A DNA stretch of 64,000 nt. Source: an uncultured bacterium. GTDB lineage: Bacteria > Hydrothermota > Tepidihabitantia > B3-TA06. Positions 49,161 to 59,785 of the stretch are shown one piece after another (position 1 is the stretch's first letter; each line of letters opens with the position of its first letter). Location: contig CAZUXE010000009.1 of NCBI GenBank assembly GCA_964624585.1, positions 744 through 64,743 on the forward strand. Reading direction: 5' to 3'. Under the pieces are notes generated by a model. It made no database searches. It had not been told where the DNA came from and saw only the letters and a list, made by a program, of their open reading frames with translations. A program made the position numbers and the translations under genes.

Positions 49161-52100
49161 TACCGTATCCTTACTTGATAACGCAGACTATGTCGACCAA
49201 AATCGTCGCGTTCCAGAATAATATCCTGATTTTCGTTAATATTGTATTCTACCCTGAATTCATGTTGGTTAGAGGTAAGTCTTCCTTGTGAAAGCGCTAA
49301 AGTATAGGAAATAAACCACTTGTTGCCGAAATATTTGCCTACTGTAACCTTTGTTGGGATGCTATCGGTTACTCCTAAATTCTCTATTGTGAATATATCC
49401 AATTTGGTTTGTTTGCGCAGGTAATCTGAAATGGTTACCCCGATATAGCCGCCCAAAAGGTCAGATACGGGTATATCCATATTGGTTACATCCAAATTCG
49501 CTTTACGAAGGTGAAGATATGTTATAATTTCAGATTCAGACCACACCGGCGGATCGGAGTAGAATTCTATAATGGGGGCGGAGAGCGTTCCGCTCATATG
49601 TACAATTATCTTAATCAATTCTTGTTTACCGCCGCGTTCATGAATTTCGCTAGTTGGCATAACAGCCCATAAATCGAACTCAGGGTTGATATCTTGAGTG
49701 CCGGCAAAGCTTATTCGTGAGTCGTCGCGGATTCTAAAAACATGGTCAAGATAGTAGAACCTTCCCTGACGCGCTTGCAGCCATCCGGTTAAGCGAAGTC
49801 CCGTATTATCTTTTTGAACAATTTTTATGTCGGGAACAACCTCAACCTGCATCATATCATTACGTAGCCAAATATTACGTGAGCCGGTTATTGAGATATC
49901 AATATAAGTGGGAAATGGAGCCGATGACTGCTTGGCGTCTGCTTTTTTTGTCGGGCGTGGCGAAGAGTCGCCTAACTTAATTTCGTCAGTCAGGCCGTAG
50001 GTTACGAATGCTTCCTTAAGATTGATATCACCACGTATATCCAGATATTCGCCGCTGCGGTTCTCAAGACTCAATGTCCCTCCGCAAATAGCGTGTATGT
50101 GTCGGTTAGATGAAAAGAATATATCTTTGAATGAAAAGGAGAAGAAATAGGGGTAGGGGGGAGTAAATAAAAGATAGTTGCCTCTTCCGCGAATAGTTCC
50201 CTTTCCAACGGTGCCTTCCATTTTATCCAGAATCATCTCTCCATTTCTAAACAAGAGTTCAGCGCTTGTTGCCGTGCTGGTAAGGTTCACAATAGGCACA
50301 TAAACCGTACCATTTTTTATCCGTAACCATCCTTTAATGTCAGGTTGAGCGAGGTTGCCTGAAACATTAAGCTTTGCCGTTACCAATCCCTGCTTAAGGT
50401 TCAGGATATTTTTAAGAAAGAAAAACGGCCAAGTTCCAATATCATTTATATCAAGATTGATGTTGAAATGTTGGACGAGCGAAGTATCGTTAAGCTTATA
50501 GTAAACTTTGCCATCCGCCTTAGATTCGTTTTCATTATTGAGAGCTGAGAGAGTAAAATTTAATTTCTTCATATCCAGTTCACCCATAAACTCTACACTG
50601 TCGGCTTGGACCATATCTACATTAAGGTCAGCTGCAAAAGCCTGTATAAGGATAGTCTTTTGATTACCAACTCCACGGCTGGCAATTTGAGCTGAAATGC
50701 GTCCGCTGGAATTTTGCGGCAGGCCTAAAAGTTCTTGTAATACTTCAAGGTTTACTCCGTGTAGCGATAACTCCCAACGGGGAAGTTCGCCTGAACGCCA
50801 TGAAGCAAAGGTTCCAAGTTCACCGTCTCCTACGAAGAAGTATACAGGCGTAAGGTAAAGCGAATCACCTTCGTAGCCTACAGTAAACGGAAACCGGTTT
50901 TCCACCGTATCTTGTTTGGCGACAAGCAAGGTTTTATTACAGTCGTAGCGTATTTCCTGGCGTTTTGTGCTTAGGCGAAGCGCTCCATCGGTAGTCAAGC
51001 TTAGATTTTTACCTGCCGAAGCATTGGCGTGCAAATAGGCGTCGCTGATTTTAAGATTGAGATTAATTTTTTCTTCTCCCAATCCACTGATGCCCGATAA
51101 ACTAAAGTTGGCCTTGCCTGCAAGATTAACAGGGTCAAAGCTGTTCATATCAACATAAGCTTGAGAGAAGAAGGCTTCATCTGATCGAAGAAGCAATGCT
51201 CCCGATATCAATGGGCGACTATCTGAACCCTCCAACTTAAGTTGACCGTTGACATCTGCTGCAATTCCTTTACCCAAAGGATTAAGACTGCCAAGACTAG
51301 CCAGTTTGAAGTTTTGAATATCCAAAAAACCTGTAAGGGTATCTGATGAGAATGTCCCCGATGCCCTAATTTGGGTGAGATCGTCTTTGAAAATAAGGCT
51401 ATCTACATCAATTTTTCCGCCACTGAAACGCGAGTTGAATCGACATTGTCCAGAATTGATATTTTGAATTTTAATGTTCTGGATGTTACCGCTTAAACTC
51501 CCTTGATTAGTAATAAATTCATATATTGCATCTAATTGACCTTCAAAACTTATAGGCGATTTTCCTTCAGGAAAAATAACTGCTTTGTTAGCCTGGAGAC
51601 GTGCATTTGCTCTTTCTGCAACAAAATCATAGTCCAGATTAATTTTTCCCTTAAATTGCATAGGTAAGCCCGCATCTTGTTTTAGAATAAGTTCGTCTAC
51701 AGAAATATCTGCTGTAATTGAGCTATCAAAAATATTTAAGCTTCCATAGCCTGAAATGAGTCCCTTTTTGTCAGAAGCTGATAATCCAATATTAAATTTT
51801 CCGCTTTTTCCGTTTGCCTTAAGAGAAAGGTCGGCGAGAGAGAATTGTGGAGCGGAAAAGTTTTTAAGTTCAATAGAGCAATTCCCGCCGTATCCCAAGC
51901 TATCTTTGTTTATGATACCTTTAGCGTAAAGGAAGCCGTTTAAGTTTTGTGGCGCCGCTTCATTAAGGTCAATTTTTGCCTGCTTAAGTGTGGCGTTGAA
52001 ATTACCGGCATCTATATGTATGCTGCCTTTTAAGAGGGAATGTAGTGTGAAGATGGTTAAATTGTCCATATGGATGGTATCTGGAGCGGAGTATGCGAAG

Positions 52101-52738
52101 TCGCACTGAGCGGAACGAAGGGTTAGGCGGTCTGTGGCGTTGAGTTTTATTTTCAAATTGCTTCGCCTTAGACGGCCTTTCAGCATATGAGGTCTGATCT
52201 GAAGGCGGGTGTTTAAGTCAATATCCTTAAATATCAGGGTATCTGCTAACTCAATATAGCCGTTTCGGATGTTAAGTTTAGCAAGGTCAAGCGAAAAATT
52301 AGGATCAAATGGTTCTGTCTCTTTTGTGGTATCGGGTTCCGGTAGAAGCCATCGTGCATGAGGACGAATTAATCGTATAGAACGTACGTCAAGGCGTTTC
52401 TCAAGTATCATGGGGAGAAGACGATAGGTAAGATGCAGGCGTTCAACCTCAATGTAATGATTACCGTCTTGAACAATCCTTAATTGAGAAAAATTGATTC
52501 CGCCGAACATATCGCCCCAAACCGCATCGTAGGCAACGGCAATTCCTTGTCCTTCTGCTGCGTTAAGTAGATGCTTTATTATTTCATCCCGCAATGGAGC
52601 GCGAAAGACGTATGACATAAGAAAAATTCCCAGTATAGAAATAAAAGCAATTACCAAAAACCGCATCCATCTAAATCGCGGATGCAGCGCGTGGTGGCGT
52701 TCGCCCCATTTAATCTTTAACTTTTTAAGTCTTGCCAT
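49157..52738 (-). CDS. tamB: TamB-like translocation and assembly module protein (AsmA/DUF490 family)
   Basis: 1193 aa, N-terminal signal anchor, long beta-rich body, conserved C-terminal DUF490-like region; immediately downstream of an Omp85 gene. Confidence 0.7.
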   Translation of the reverse strand: MARLKKLKIKWGERHHALHPRFRWMRFLVIAFISILGIFLMSYVFRAPLRDEIIKHLLNAAEGQGIAVAYDAVWGDMFGGINFSQLRIVQDGNHYIEVERLHLTYRLLPMILEKRLDVRSIRLIRPHARWLLPEPDTTKETEPFDPNFSLDLAKLNIRNGYIELADTLIFKDIDLNTRLQIRPHMLKGRLRRSNLKIKLNATDRLTLRSAQCDFAYSAPDTIHMDNLTIFTLHSLLKGSIHIDAGNFNATLKQAKIDLNEAAPQNLNGFLYAKGIINKDSLGYGGNCSIELKNFSAPQFSLADLSLKANGKSGKFNIGLSASDKKGLISGYGSLNIFDSSITADISVDELILKQDAGLPMQFKGKINLDYDFVAERANARLQANKAVIFPEGKSPISFEGQLDAIYEFITNQGSLSGNIQNIKIQNINSGQCRFNSRFSGGKIDVDSLIFKDDLTQIRASGTFSSDTLTGFLDIQNFKLASLGSLNPLGKGIAADVNGQLKLEGSDSRPLISGALLLRSDEAFFSQAYVDMNSFDPVNLAGKANFSLSGISGLGEEKINLNLKISDAYLHANASAGKNLSLTTDGALRLSTKRQEIRYDCNKTLLVAKQDTVENRFPFTVGYEGDSLYLTPVYFFVGDGELGTFASWRSGELPRWELSLHGVNLEVLQELLGLPQNSSGRISAQIASRGVGNQKTILIQAFAADLNVDMVQADSVEFMGELDMKKLNFTLSALNNENESKADGKVYYKLNDTSLVQHFNINLDINDIGTWPFFFLKNILNLKQGLVTAKLNVSGNLAQPDIKGWLRIKNGTVYVPIVNLTSTATSAELLFRNGEMILDKMEGTVGKGTIRGRGNYLLFTPPYPYFFSFSFKDIFFSSNRHIHAICGGTLSLENRSGEYLDIRGDINLKEAFVTYGLTDEIKLGDSSPRPTKKADAKQSSAPFPTYIDISITGSRNIWLRNDMMQVEVVPDIKIVQKDNTGLRLTGWLQARQGRFYYLDHVFRIRDDSRISFAGTQDINPEFDLWAVMPTSEIHERGGKQELIKIIVHMSGTLSAPIIEFYSDPPVWSESEIITYLHLRKANLDVTNMDIPVSDLLGGYIGVTISDYLRKQTKLDIFTIENLGVTDSIPTKVTVGKYFGNKWFISYTLALSQGRLTSNQHEFRVEYNINENQDIILERDDFGRHSLRYQVRIRY

Positions 52739-52806
52739 ATTTTTGCAGAGTTGTTGGAAAGTACAGCTTAGCCGTCGTTTTATGGCAGTTAAGGTTAGCG
52801 ATTATC

Positions 52807-54645
52807 TTAAAAAGCATGCATGAAACCAAATTCCAGCCTTCCGCCGAATGTCCAGCTTTCCTTGAAGGGAAGAAAAGGCGTGGCGCCGTTTTTAGCATAA
52901 TCCAATCTAACCGGTCCAATAGGAGTGCTTACTCTTATTCCTAGGCCTGGGCCCCAGCCCCAGTCGTTTTGATTTATAAGGTTAATGTTCCTGGAGCATA
53001 CTCCTAGGTCAAGAAATAAGTCCAAACCTACAAGGTCAAAAAAATACGGAGTGCGGAGTTCAATATTGTTGACCATAAGCATAGTTCCAAAGTAACGAAC
53101 GCTTTTTCCTGAAACGGTGGAATCGGGGCCGAAACTATAAGGAGCGAAGGCTCTGATGGTTCCAGCACCTCCAAGGCTGAATTTTTCCAAATATCCAATA
53201 TCTGTTGCTTGTTGTCCAGAATGGGGAAGAAGCAGTCCAGCTTTTATTCGCCAAGCCAGTACTGCTCTGAACGGTAAAGCTAGGTAGTTACGGAAATCAC
53301 TTGAGAGTCGAATAAAATTGTTATCCCCGCCAAAGGGATTTCCTGCCCAGTCGGCAAAAGAATAAAGAAATACTCCGCTTGAGGGATTAAAAAAATCATT
53401 ACGGCTGTCGAATATTATCGAAAGACGCATGAAATTTGTTGAACTGAATTTTTTAGAATAATATGAGGTATCATTTGTCCATGAACGCTTTACCTGCATG
53501 GAAAGATTAGTAACCAGCCGATTGGAGAAATCTTTTTTGATACCAGCTTCACCTCCAATTGTGAATATCAAAGTGGCAGGGTTTTGGGAATTATTGATAA
53601 GAGAATGTTCAATATAAGGAGAGAGGGTGAAATCAAGACCCAGAGGCAGTATTTTAGGATAAGTATTTTTGATATTCAACATGGCGTCGTAATCTATTCC
53701 CTGAAATTTGAAAGGAGAGTACTGTATTTTGAATTTAGGGTTATAGGTAAATTCAGCGGAAAGGGATATACCGCGATGGAATAAATTCAGGTTTTCCCAA
53801 CCAGCGGTAAGCAACAGACGGTCAGGTTGAGGTGTAAGTGAATCGGTTTGTATACCTGCACCCAGAGTTATGGAACGGGTTTTTTGTCGAGTTAGCTTAT
53901 ATATTAAATCCAAGGAGTCTTGGTTTCCTGATTTAGGAATGCTGAAGTTGACCTCTACCCTTGAAAAAAGAGACGTGGTATACAATAGGCGGGAGGCTCT
54001 ATCCAATTTGGAAATAGAATACTGTTCACCTGGTTTGATTTTAATAGTACGAAAAAGAAAATCAGGAGATACAAATCCGTTTATTCCCTTAAAAGTAATA
54101 GAAGAAAGCCAAATTTTTCGTCCAGGAACAATGCTTAGATTAAGGTCAACCAGATAAGTTTTGGAAAGAGTATCAAGATTGACCACTACATAGGGATATC
54201 CTTTATCTTGATAATAGCGCTTCGTTGTTTTTTCAGTGCCAGCAAGGGCGCGTTTGGTTAAGGGTTTCCCTTTCTTTAATGGAATTTTGTTCTTAATTTC
54301 AGCGACGTCTTCATCAGGAACTCCAACGATGGTAACACTGTCTATTCTTAAACGCCTACCCTCCATTATTCCAAATTCAAGTTTCTTTTTAGACGGATAA
54401 TATTGGGGTGTAACCCTAACCTCGGGATAACCTTGATTACGGTAGAAGTAAACCAGTTCAAAAGAATCACGCGATACCTTTGATTCAAGATATGTGTCTT
54501 TGCGTTGGGTAATAATTACCCTTGACAGGCGTGAGTTGGAGTAGTGGTGGTTTCCCTTAAAAGTAATTCGCCGTATAGCGCTCTCGCTTGTCCCTGTCCC
54601 AAATAGGAGGAAAAGGACAAGGAGCCTAAATAACGAAACGGCCAT
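52807..54645 (-). CDS. tamA: Omp85-family outer-membrane protein TamA/BamA-like (POTRA repeats plus beta-barrel)
   Basis: Signal peptide, POTRA-like N-terminal repeats, barrel ending ...GRLEFGFMHAF. Confidence 0.7.
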   Translation of the reverse strand: MAVSLFRLLVLFLLFGTGTSESAIRRITFKGNHHYSNSRLSRVIITQRKDTYLESKVSRDSFELVYFYRNQGYPEVRVTPQYYPSKKKLEFGIMEGRRLRIDSVTIVGVPDEDVAEIKNKIPLKKGKPLTKRALAGTEKTTKRYYQDKGYPYVVVNLDTLSKTYLVDLNLSIVPGRKIWLSSITFKGINGFVSPDFLFRTIKIKPGEQYSISKLDRASRLLYTTSLFSRVEVNFSIPKSGNQDSLDLIYKLTRQKTRSITLGAGIQTDSLTPQPDRLLLTAGWENLNLFHRGISLSAEFTYNPKFKIQYSPFKFQGIDYDAMLNIKNTYPKILPLGLDFTLSPYIEHSLINNSQNPATLIFTIGGEAGIKKDFSNRLVTNLSMQVKRSWTNDTSYYSKKFSSTNFMRLSIIFDSRNDFFNPSSGVFLYSFADWAGNPFGGDNNFIRLSSDFRNYLALPFRAVLAWRIKAGLLLPHSGQQATDIGYLEKFSLGGAGTIRAFAPYSFGPDSTVSGKSVRYFGTMLMVNNIELRTPYFFDLVGLDLFLDLGVCSRNINLINQNDWGWGPGLGIRVSTPIGPVRLDYAKNGATPFLPFKESWTFGGRLEFGFMHAF

Positions 54646-55573
54646 CCTTCATTATCACCCGACCGTCAGCTTCTACAGTCGGTTTCAAAATCATTCCGTC
54701 AAGGTGAACATCAACCTTGACCCTTCCGCCAAAAGTGGAATTATCACCAAAGGCTAAATGAATGGTACCCATAACCTTTTCATCTTCAAGAACGTTGCCT
54801 GTAATTTTTGCTTTGTGGTTAGTTCCTATTCCTAATTCAGCGAGATTGCGTCCTTTAGGACCTGGCGCATCAAGCATACGACGAAGCTTTCCCCTGTCGC
54901 CTTTGATACTAACCGCTTTGCCTTTGTCTATTTCAATAATTATAGGTTGAGGTAGCATTCCTATACCTGAAAAACTGGCGTCGAATACTGCGATTCCAGA
55001 ACTTTTGGTTTCTAAAGGAGCTACATAGATTTCCCCAGCCGGAAGGTTGGAAAAAGAACCTGGAGTGGTTAATATTCCAGTATCTTGGAGAAAATCTCGT
55101 GTTTCTGTGATGATTTCCACATCAGTACCTGCTTTGGAGCTTATATGAACTTTCTTGACTCCTTTAAGTAATTTAGCCAATTTTTCGGTACGTTTTTTTA
55201 TTTCCGTATAATCGGCGCCCATTGTACGCCCGATCATGTCTTCTGTTACATCGGGCAAAGTGGCTCCGCGCGCCCCTTTGAGTACCGCTTTGCGACGCGC
55301 TTGAGTGTGGGTCATTGATTTTGAGACAGGGATAAGGAATACATCAGCGCTTTTAAGTAAATCGGCAACATAAGCAGGTGGCTCCTGGCCATGCTGTTTT
55401 GGAGAAATAATTTCGCACATAGTCGCATCAGCCCCAAGCTTTACAAGTTCATCAAATAAATCTGCGCCTATATTTCGTTTAGGTTTGTCGCAAATTACAA
55501 CAGCCCGTTCTCCTTTCTTAACTTCTAAGCATTTATGAACTATGTTTTTTATACCTTTTTGATAGTTATTCAC
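54626..55573 (-). CDS. M29-like (aminopeptidase T/AmpS-related) metallopeptidase family protein
   Basis: Motifs LAELGIGTN and IHLAFGDN resemble the thermophilic metalloprotease M29 family; shorter than canonical. Confidence 0.4.
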   Translation of the reverse strand: MNNYQKGIKNIVHKCLEVKKGERAVVICDKPKRNIGADLFDELVKLGADATMCEIISPKQHGQEPPAYVADLLKSADVFLIPVSKSMTHTQARRKAVLKGARGATLPDVTEDMIGRTMGADYTEIKKRTEKLAKLLKGVKKVHISSKAGTDVEIITETRDFLQDTGILTTPGSFSNLPAGEIYVAPLETKSSGIAVFDASFSGIGMLPQPIIIEIDKGKAVSIKGDRGKLRRMLDAPGPKGRNLAELGIGTNHKAKITGNVLEDEKVMGTIHLAFGDNSTFGGRVKVDVHLDGMILKPTVEADGRVIMKDGRFVI

Positions 55574-55645
55574 TTTCTTTCTCCTTCAAGCTTGCTCAAT
55601 CATAGGAAATCCGTTATCTAATCAATTAACCGGAATTCCGGAAAG

Positions 55646-57070
55646 TTACAAAAATTTCTCCAGCGCTTTACGAACAACGTTAGGGTCGCCTTTCCCTTTA
55701 AGTTCTTTCATACACTGTCCTAGCAAAAACCCTATAACTCCTGTTTTTCCGTTTCGGTACTTTTGGACAGGTTCAGGGTTGCTTTTAATTATTTTTTTAG
55801 CCGCCGCATCAATTGTACTTGAGTCCGATACTGTTTCCAAATCCATCTCTTCTACAAGTAGTGCAGCTGGTTTTCCACTATCAGCCATAGCAGCGAGTAC
55901 GCTTTTTGCAGCGGGTCTGGTGAGTTTCCCTTCACGGAGCATGGATATCAGGTTAGCCATTTCCTTAGCTTCCACTTTGAATTGACTTATAGTTTGTTTG
56001 CGTTCTAGCATATATCCTCGGGCTTCATTCATAAGCCATGTGGAAGCCTCTTTCACGGAGACCCCTGAATTAATCAAGGCTGAAAAGTAGGTCTCCCATG
56101 GAGGCTCTGAGCTTAGAACCTCCGCATCCTGTTTAGTAAGTCCGGCCTTAACCATTCTATCACGTTTTTCCGTTGGGAGTTCAGGTAGATTCGATGCAAT
56201 ATTCTCGATCTCCGATTTATCAAGGATTAGTGGTGGAAGGTCTGGTTCAGGGAAGTAGCGATAGTCCGCTGCTGTTTCCTTAATCCGCATAGGTTTAAGG
56301 GAGCGAGTTTTCTCATCCCATAGATATGTGGTTTGAATTATTTGTTTGCCTGCCCGTAGGCATTCAATTTGGTTCGCGACAGCTTTTTCAATTCCTTCCC
56401 TAACCGCCTTAAAAGAGTTGAGGTTTTTAATTTCCGAACGTACTCCAAGCTTTTTCTGTCCCTTAAGTCTAACACTTATGTTTGGCTCACACCTGAAATG
56501 TCCCTTTTCCATTTCTGCGTCAGATACCCCAAGGGTGCGTAAGATTAAACGAAGTTCTTTAAGGTAAGCGTCAGCTTCGGCAGCACTTGTAATATCGGGT
56601 TCTGTTACAATCTCTGCTAATGCGACCCCGCAACGGTTGAAGTCAACTAAGCTTTGGTCTGCTAAATGAGTAAGCTTTCCTGCATCCTCTTCCAAATGAA
56701 TACGCCTTATGCGTACTTTTTTGTTAAATCCGGGAAGTTTTAGCTCTCCGTGTTCAGCTAAAGGATAGTCGTACTGGGTAATTTGGTATCCTTTTGAGAG
56801 ATCGGGTGAAAAGTAATGTTTTCGCGCCCACCTTGAATGGAGATTAACCTTGCATCCCAAGGCTAAGGCCGCTTTTATACCAAGTTTTATAGCAGTGTCG
56901 TTGGTTTGAGGGAGTACGCCGGGAAGTCCAAGGCATATTGGGCATACGTTTGTGTTGGGAATTGCATTTGTATCTATCCTGCATCTACAAAACATCTTGG
57001 AGTTTGTTGCCAGTTGGGTATGAACTTCTATGCCTATAACTACTTCGTATTCTTTTTTTAAGCCAACCAT
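55646..57070 (-). CDS. gatB: aspartyl/glutamyl-tRNA(Asn/Gln) amidotransferase subunit B (start at MVGLKKEY, 1 nt after the gatA stop)
   Basis: VIGIEVHTQL...SKMFC GatB N-terminus, C-terminal YqeY-like domain. Confidence 0.9.
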   Translation of the reverse strand: MVGLKKEYEVVIGIEVHTQLATNSKMFCRCRIDTNAIPNTNVCPICLGLPGVLPQTNDTAIKLGIKAALALGCKVNLHSRWARKHYFSPDLSKGYQITQYDYPLAEHGELKLPGFNKKVRIRRIHLEEDAGKLTHLADQSLVDFNRCGVALAEIVTEPDITSAAEADAYLKELRLILRTLGVSDAEMEKGHFRCEPNISVRLKGQKKLGVRSEIKNLNSFKAVREGIEKAVANQIECLRAGKQIIQTTYLWDEKTRSLKPMRIKETAADYRYFPEPDLPPLILDKSEIENIASNLPELPTEKRDRMVKAGLTKQDAEVLSSEPPWETYFSALINSGVSVKEASTWLMNEARGYMLERKQTISQFKVEAKEMANLISMLREGKLTRPAAKSVLAAMADSGKPAALLVEEMDLETVSDSSTIDAAAKKIIKSNPEPVQKYRNGKTGVIGFLLGQCMKELKGKGDPNVVRKALEKFL

Positions 57071-57071
57071 A

Positions 57072-58493
57072 TCAGAAATGCCTTTCAAGCGCATGAGCAA
57101 AGCCCAAAAGTTTTGCATCTTGCCGGCGTGGGGCGGTTAGCTGAATGCCGACCGGCAGATTTTCTATTTTGTAGGGAGATGGAATTGAAATGGACGGTAA
57201 TGCTGCTAAGGCGTTGGAGGTTGTGTATATGTCGGAAAGATACATTGATAACGGGTTATCCTTTTTTTCGCCAATTTTGAATGCAGTGCTGGGAGCGGTT
57301 GGGGAAAGTAGAAAATCAACCTTTGCGAAGGCATCGGCGTATTGTTTACTTAGGGCTGCGCGATATTTAAGCGCGGTATTGTAGTAGGCGTCAATATAGC
57401 CTTCGGAAAGACCAAATGTGCCAATTAGTATACGGCGTTTAACCTCTTTTCCAAGTCCCTGCCCCCTTGTGGCAAAATAAGTTTCCATTAGTCCTTTTTT
57501 GGCTACCCTTAAACCGTAGCGAATGCCGTCGTAGCGGGCTAGGTTTGAAGATGCTTCTGCAAAGGTAAGAATTAAATAAGCGGCTACACTTTGTTTAACT
57601 AAAGGAAGACTAAGTTCAATTAAGTCAATACCCGTGTCTTGGAATGGCCTCATTATCGCTTGCTTCATTTCCGAATCTAAATCGTCAAAGCATTCCTTGA
57701 TGTAAGCGATCCTAGTCCCTTGAGGAAGTTTTTCGGTAAGTTCCATAATATCAGGTGTTTGAGGATAGGTAGTTGAGTCGTTTTCGTCCGGTCCTGCTAT
57801 AATTGAGTAAATAAGCGCCGCATCTTCAACGGTTTGAGTAATGGGGCATATTTGGTCGAGACTTGAGGCAAATGCCACTAAACCGTATCGTGAAACCCTG
57901 CCATAACTTGGACGAAAGCCAACAAGACCGCAGAATGCAGCCGGTTGACGTGCGGAACCGCCTGTATCTGAACCAAGGGCCGCGGCAGCGCCCCCATAAG
58001 CTATAACTGCTGCAGAACCACCTGAGGAACCTCCAGCTACTTTGGTTTTGTCCAATGGATTGCGGACAACACCAAAGGTTGAAGTTTCATTAGAAGATCC
58101 CATGGCGAACTCGTCTAAATTAGTTTTTCCTATAATTATGGCTCCGGCGTTCTTTAATCGCTTTACTACCGTAGCGTCATAAGGTGAGATGAAGTCTGCA
58201 AGAATTTTCGATGCGCAAGTGCATGATTCACCTTTAACGCATATATTATCCTTAATAGCTATAGGTAAACCGGCAAGCGGTTTCTTAGGGTTGGGGCGGA
58301 TATTCTTATTATCCAACTCAAGGGCTTGCGTTTGAGCCTGTTCAAGAAATACATTGATGAAGGCGTTGATATCTGTCTCATTGTCGTTAATATTTCGGCG
58401 AACCTGTTCGATTATATCGTAGGCGGTACATTCTTTGCGTTTTAGTGCCGGTATAAGTTCGGATAGAGGAGCGATACTACTCATTGCAACCAT
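57072..58493 (-). CDS. gatA: glutamyl-tRNA(Gln) amidotransferase subunit A
   Basis: Amidase signature GGSSGGSAAVIAYGGAAAALGSDTGGSAR. Confidence 0.9.
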   Translation of the reverse strand: MVAMSSIAPLSELIPALKRKECTAYDIIEQVRRNINDNETDINAFINVFLEQAQTQALELDNKNIRPNPKKPLAGLPIAIKDNICVKGESCTCASKILADFISPYDATVVKRLKNAGAIIIGKTNLDEFAMGSSNETSTFGVVRNPLDKTKVAGGSSGGSAAVIAYGGAAAALGSDTGGSARQPAAFCGLVGFRPSYGRVSRYGLVAFASSLDQICPITQTVEDAALIYSIIAGPDENDSTTYPQTPDIMELTEKLPQGTRIAYIKECFDDLDSEMKQAIMRPFQDTGIDLIELSLPLVKQSVAAYLILTFAEASSNLARYDGIRYGLRVAKKGLMETYFATRGQGLGKEVKRRILIGTFGLSEGYIDAYYNTALKYRAALSKQYADAFAKVDFLLSPTAPSTAFKIGEKKDNPLSMYLSDIYTTSNALAALPSISIPSPYKIENLPVGIQLTAPRRQDAKLLGFAHALERHF

Positions 58494-58747
58494 GCAGGGA
58501 CGCTAAACTGTCCATTTTTAAGATATTTACTAAGTTTTTCAATATCAATATTATGATCACGGGGCTTGTCCTTAATTCGAGGACATGGATAATCAAGAAG
58601 CATTTCTCCTTCAAGTTGAAGTTTTTGTAATTCTGAAAAGTAGGCGGTAATTTTTTCAAACTCAAAAGCGAAGCGTAAACTTTCTTCACTTGTTAAATCA
58701 ATACGAGCCAGTGCGGCTACTTTAACAATTTCCTTATCTGTAACCAT
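58481..58747 (-). CDS. gatC: glutamyl-tRNA(Gln) amidotransferase subunit C
   Basis: 88 aa; VAALARIDL..EE pattern; position directly upstream of gatA. Confidence 0.8.
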   Translation of the reverse strand: MVTDKEIVKVAALARIDLTSEESLRFAFEFEKITAYFSELQKLQLEGEMLLDYPCPRIKDKPRDHNIDIEKLSKYLKNGQFSVPAWLQ

Positions 58748-59015
58748 AATGTAAGTTTAACTTAGGCCGGACACGAAGTCAAGGGAGTAAAAAATTATTA
58801 TTGCTCAGGCATCAGCTATAGTGAAAGGATTTTTGGATTAGAAAATTATCGATGCCTTAAGGCACTGTCCGTTCTCTGTACGTCCTGCGTGTTGCTATTT
58901 TGTACGTTTGCGTGTTAAACAGACGCAGACTACCGAGGCTTTTCTGTCGGGTAAAGATATTTTACGGCTGGAGGTATAAATTCCTGAATAACCCGAGATT
59001 ATAGTATCCAGACGC

Positions 59016-59585
59016 TTACATGTCTTTCTTGTTTGCTGCTTTATTTGCTTTTATAGGAATTTGCAGTTCAGTTATATTCTCCTTTGGGGCTACAGGGTTG
59101 AATACAATATAAAGTTCCCGAATTGGCGGCATATCTGTTTTGATTTTCTTTTCGGTGATGTAGGCAAAAAACTTTTCCCATGCCGATGCAAGTGTTTCGT
59201 AATGGCCTGTATATTCGAAGGTTATAAACCTACCGCCCTTTACCAAACGGGTATTTACACCCTCAAGCTTAACGGTATCAGGTATAGGTAGGCAGATTTC
59301 TATGTCGTGTGTATCGCTTTCAGTTTGGTCATGGTATAGCGCGAATGAAGGACCGTTGATATATTGTCCAGCGGCTTCCATAAGCTTTCCAAAGTAGGTT
59401 CCCATTTCCTCATAACTTCCTTTGTAGCGAATGGATGCTACAAACAAGTCGTCTATATTTTTTTCTACGTATTCGGCTTCAGGCACCGCTACCTCCGTTG
59501 TTTTTGCTTCTACTTTATTGTCAATGGTAGCCTGTTCTGTTGTTGGGAGCAAAAAAAGTCCCATTGTAAAAACGAGTTCGAACAT
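59016..59585 (-). CDS. secreted GyrI-like small-molecule-binding domain protein
   Basis: Signal peptide, then a GyrI-like / AraC effector-binding fold pattern (two similar halves with Y/F-rich strands). Confidence 0.45.
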   Translation of the reverse strand: MFELVFTMGLFLLPTTEQATIDNKVEAKTTEVAVPEAEYVEKNIDDLFVASIRYKGSYEEMGTYFGKLMEAAGQYINGPSFALYHDQTESDTHDIEICLPIPDTVKLEGVNTRLVKGGRFITFEYTGHYETLASAWEKFFAYITEKKIKTDMPPIRELYIVFNPVAPKENITELQIPIKANKAANKKDM

Positions 59586-59675
59586 ATTTGTTCCTCCTTA
59601 AAAAGTCAACTAATCTCTATAATAAAGATTACGTAGTTTATTTACGATGTCAAGCTTCTGGAATTAAAGTTGGTC

Positions 59676-59785
59676 TGTGGATATTTCTTGAAAGAAAACG
59701 TTGGATAGACTTCTTTCTGACGATGCAGCGGGGACTTAGAGTTATCCACAAATTATCAACAGGTATTCAACAGGCCTGTGGATAG
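59676..59785. promoter_or_regulatory. cluster of DnaA-box-like 9-mers upstream of nrdJ (TGTGGATAT 59676-59684; TTATCCACA 59742-59750, perfect consensus; TTATCAACA 59753-59761; TGTGGATAG 59777-59785)
   Basis: Direct read; one perfect and three single-mismatch boxes in both orientations within 110 bp, ~160-270 bp upstream of the nrdJ start. Confidence 0.5.

Noticed and set aside
59676-59785. Chromosomal origin (oriC)
   Set aside because: The region has only four boxes, no adjacent dnaA or dnaN, and no obvious AT-rich 13-mer DNA unwinding element. Promoter regulation seems more likely, and only a GC-skew analysis could settle it.
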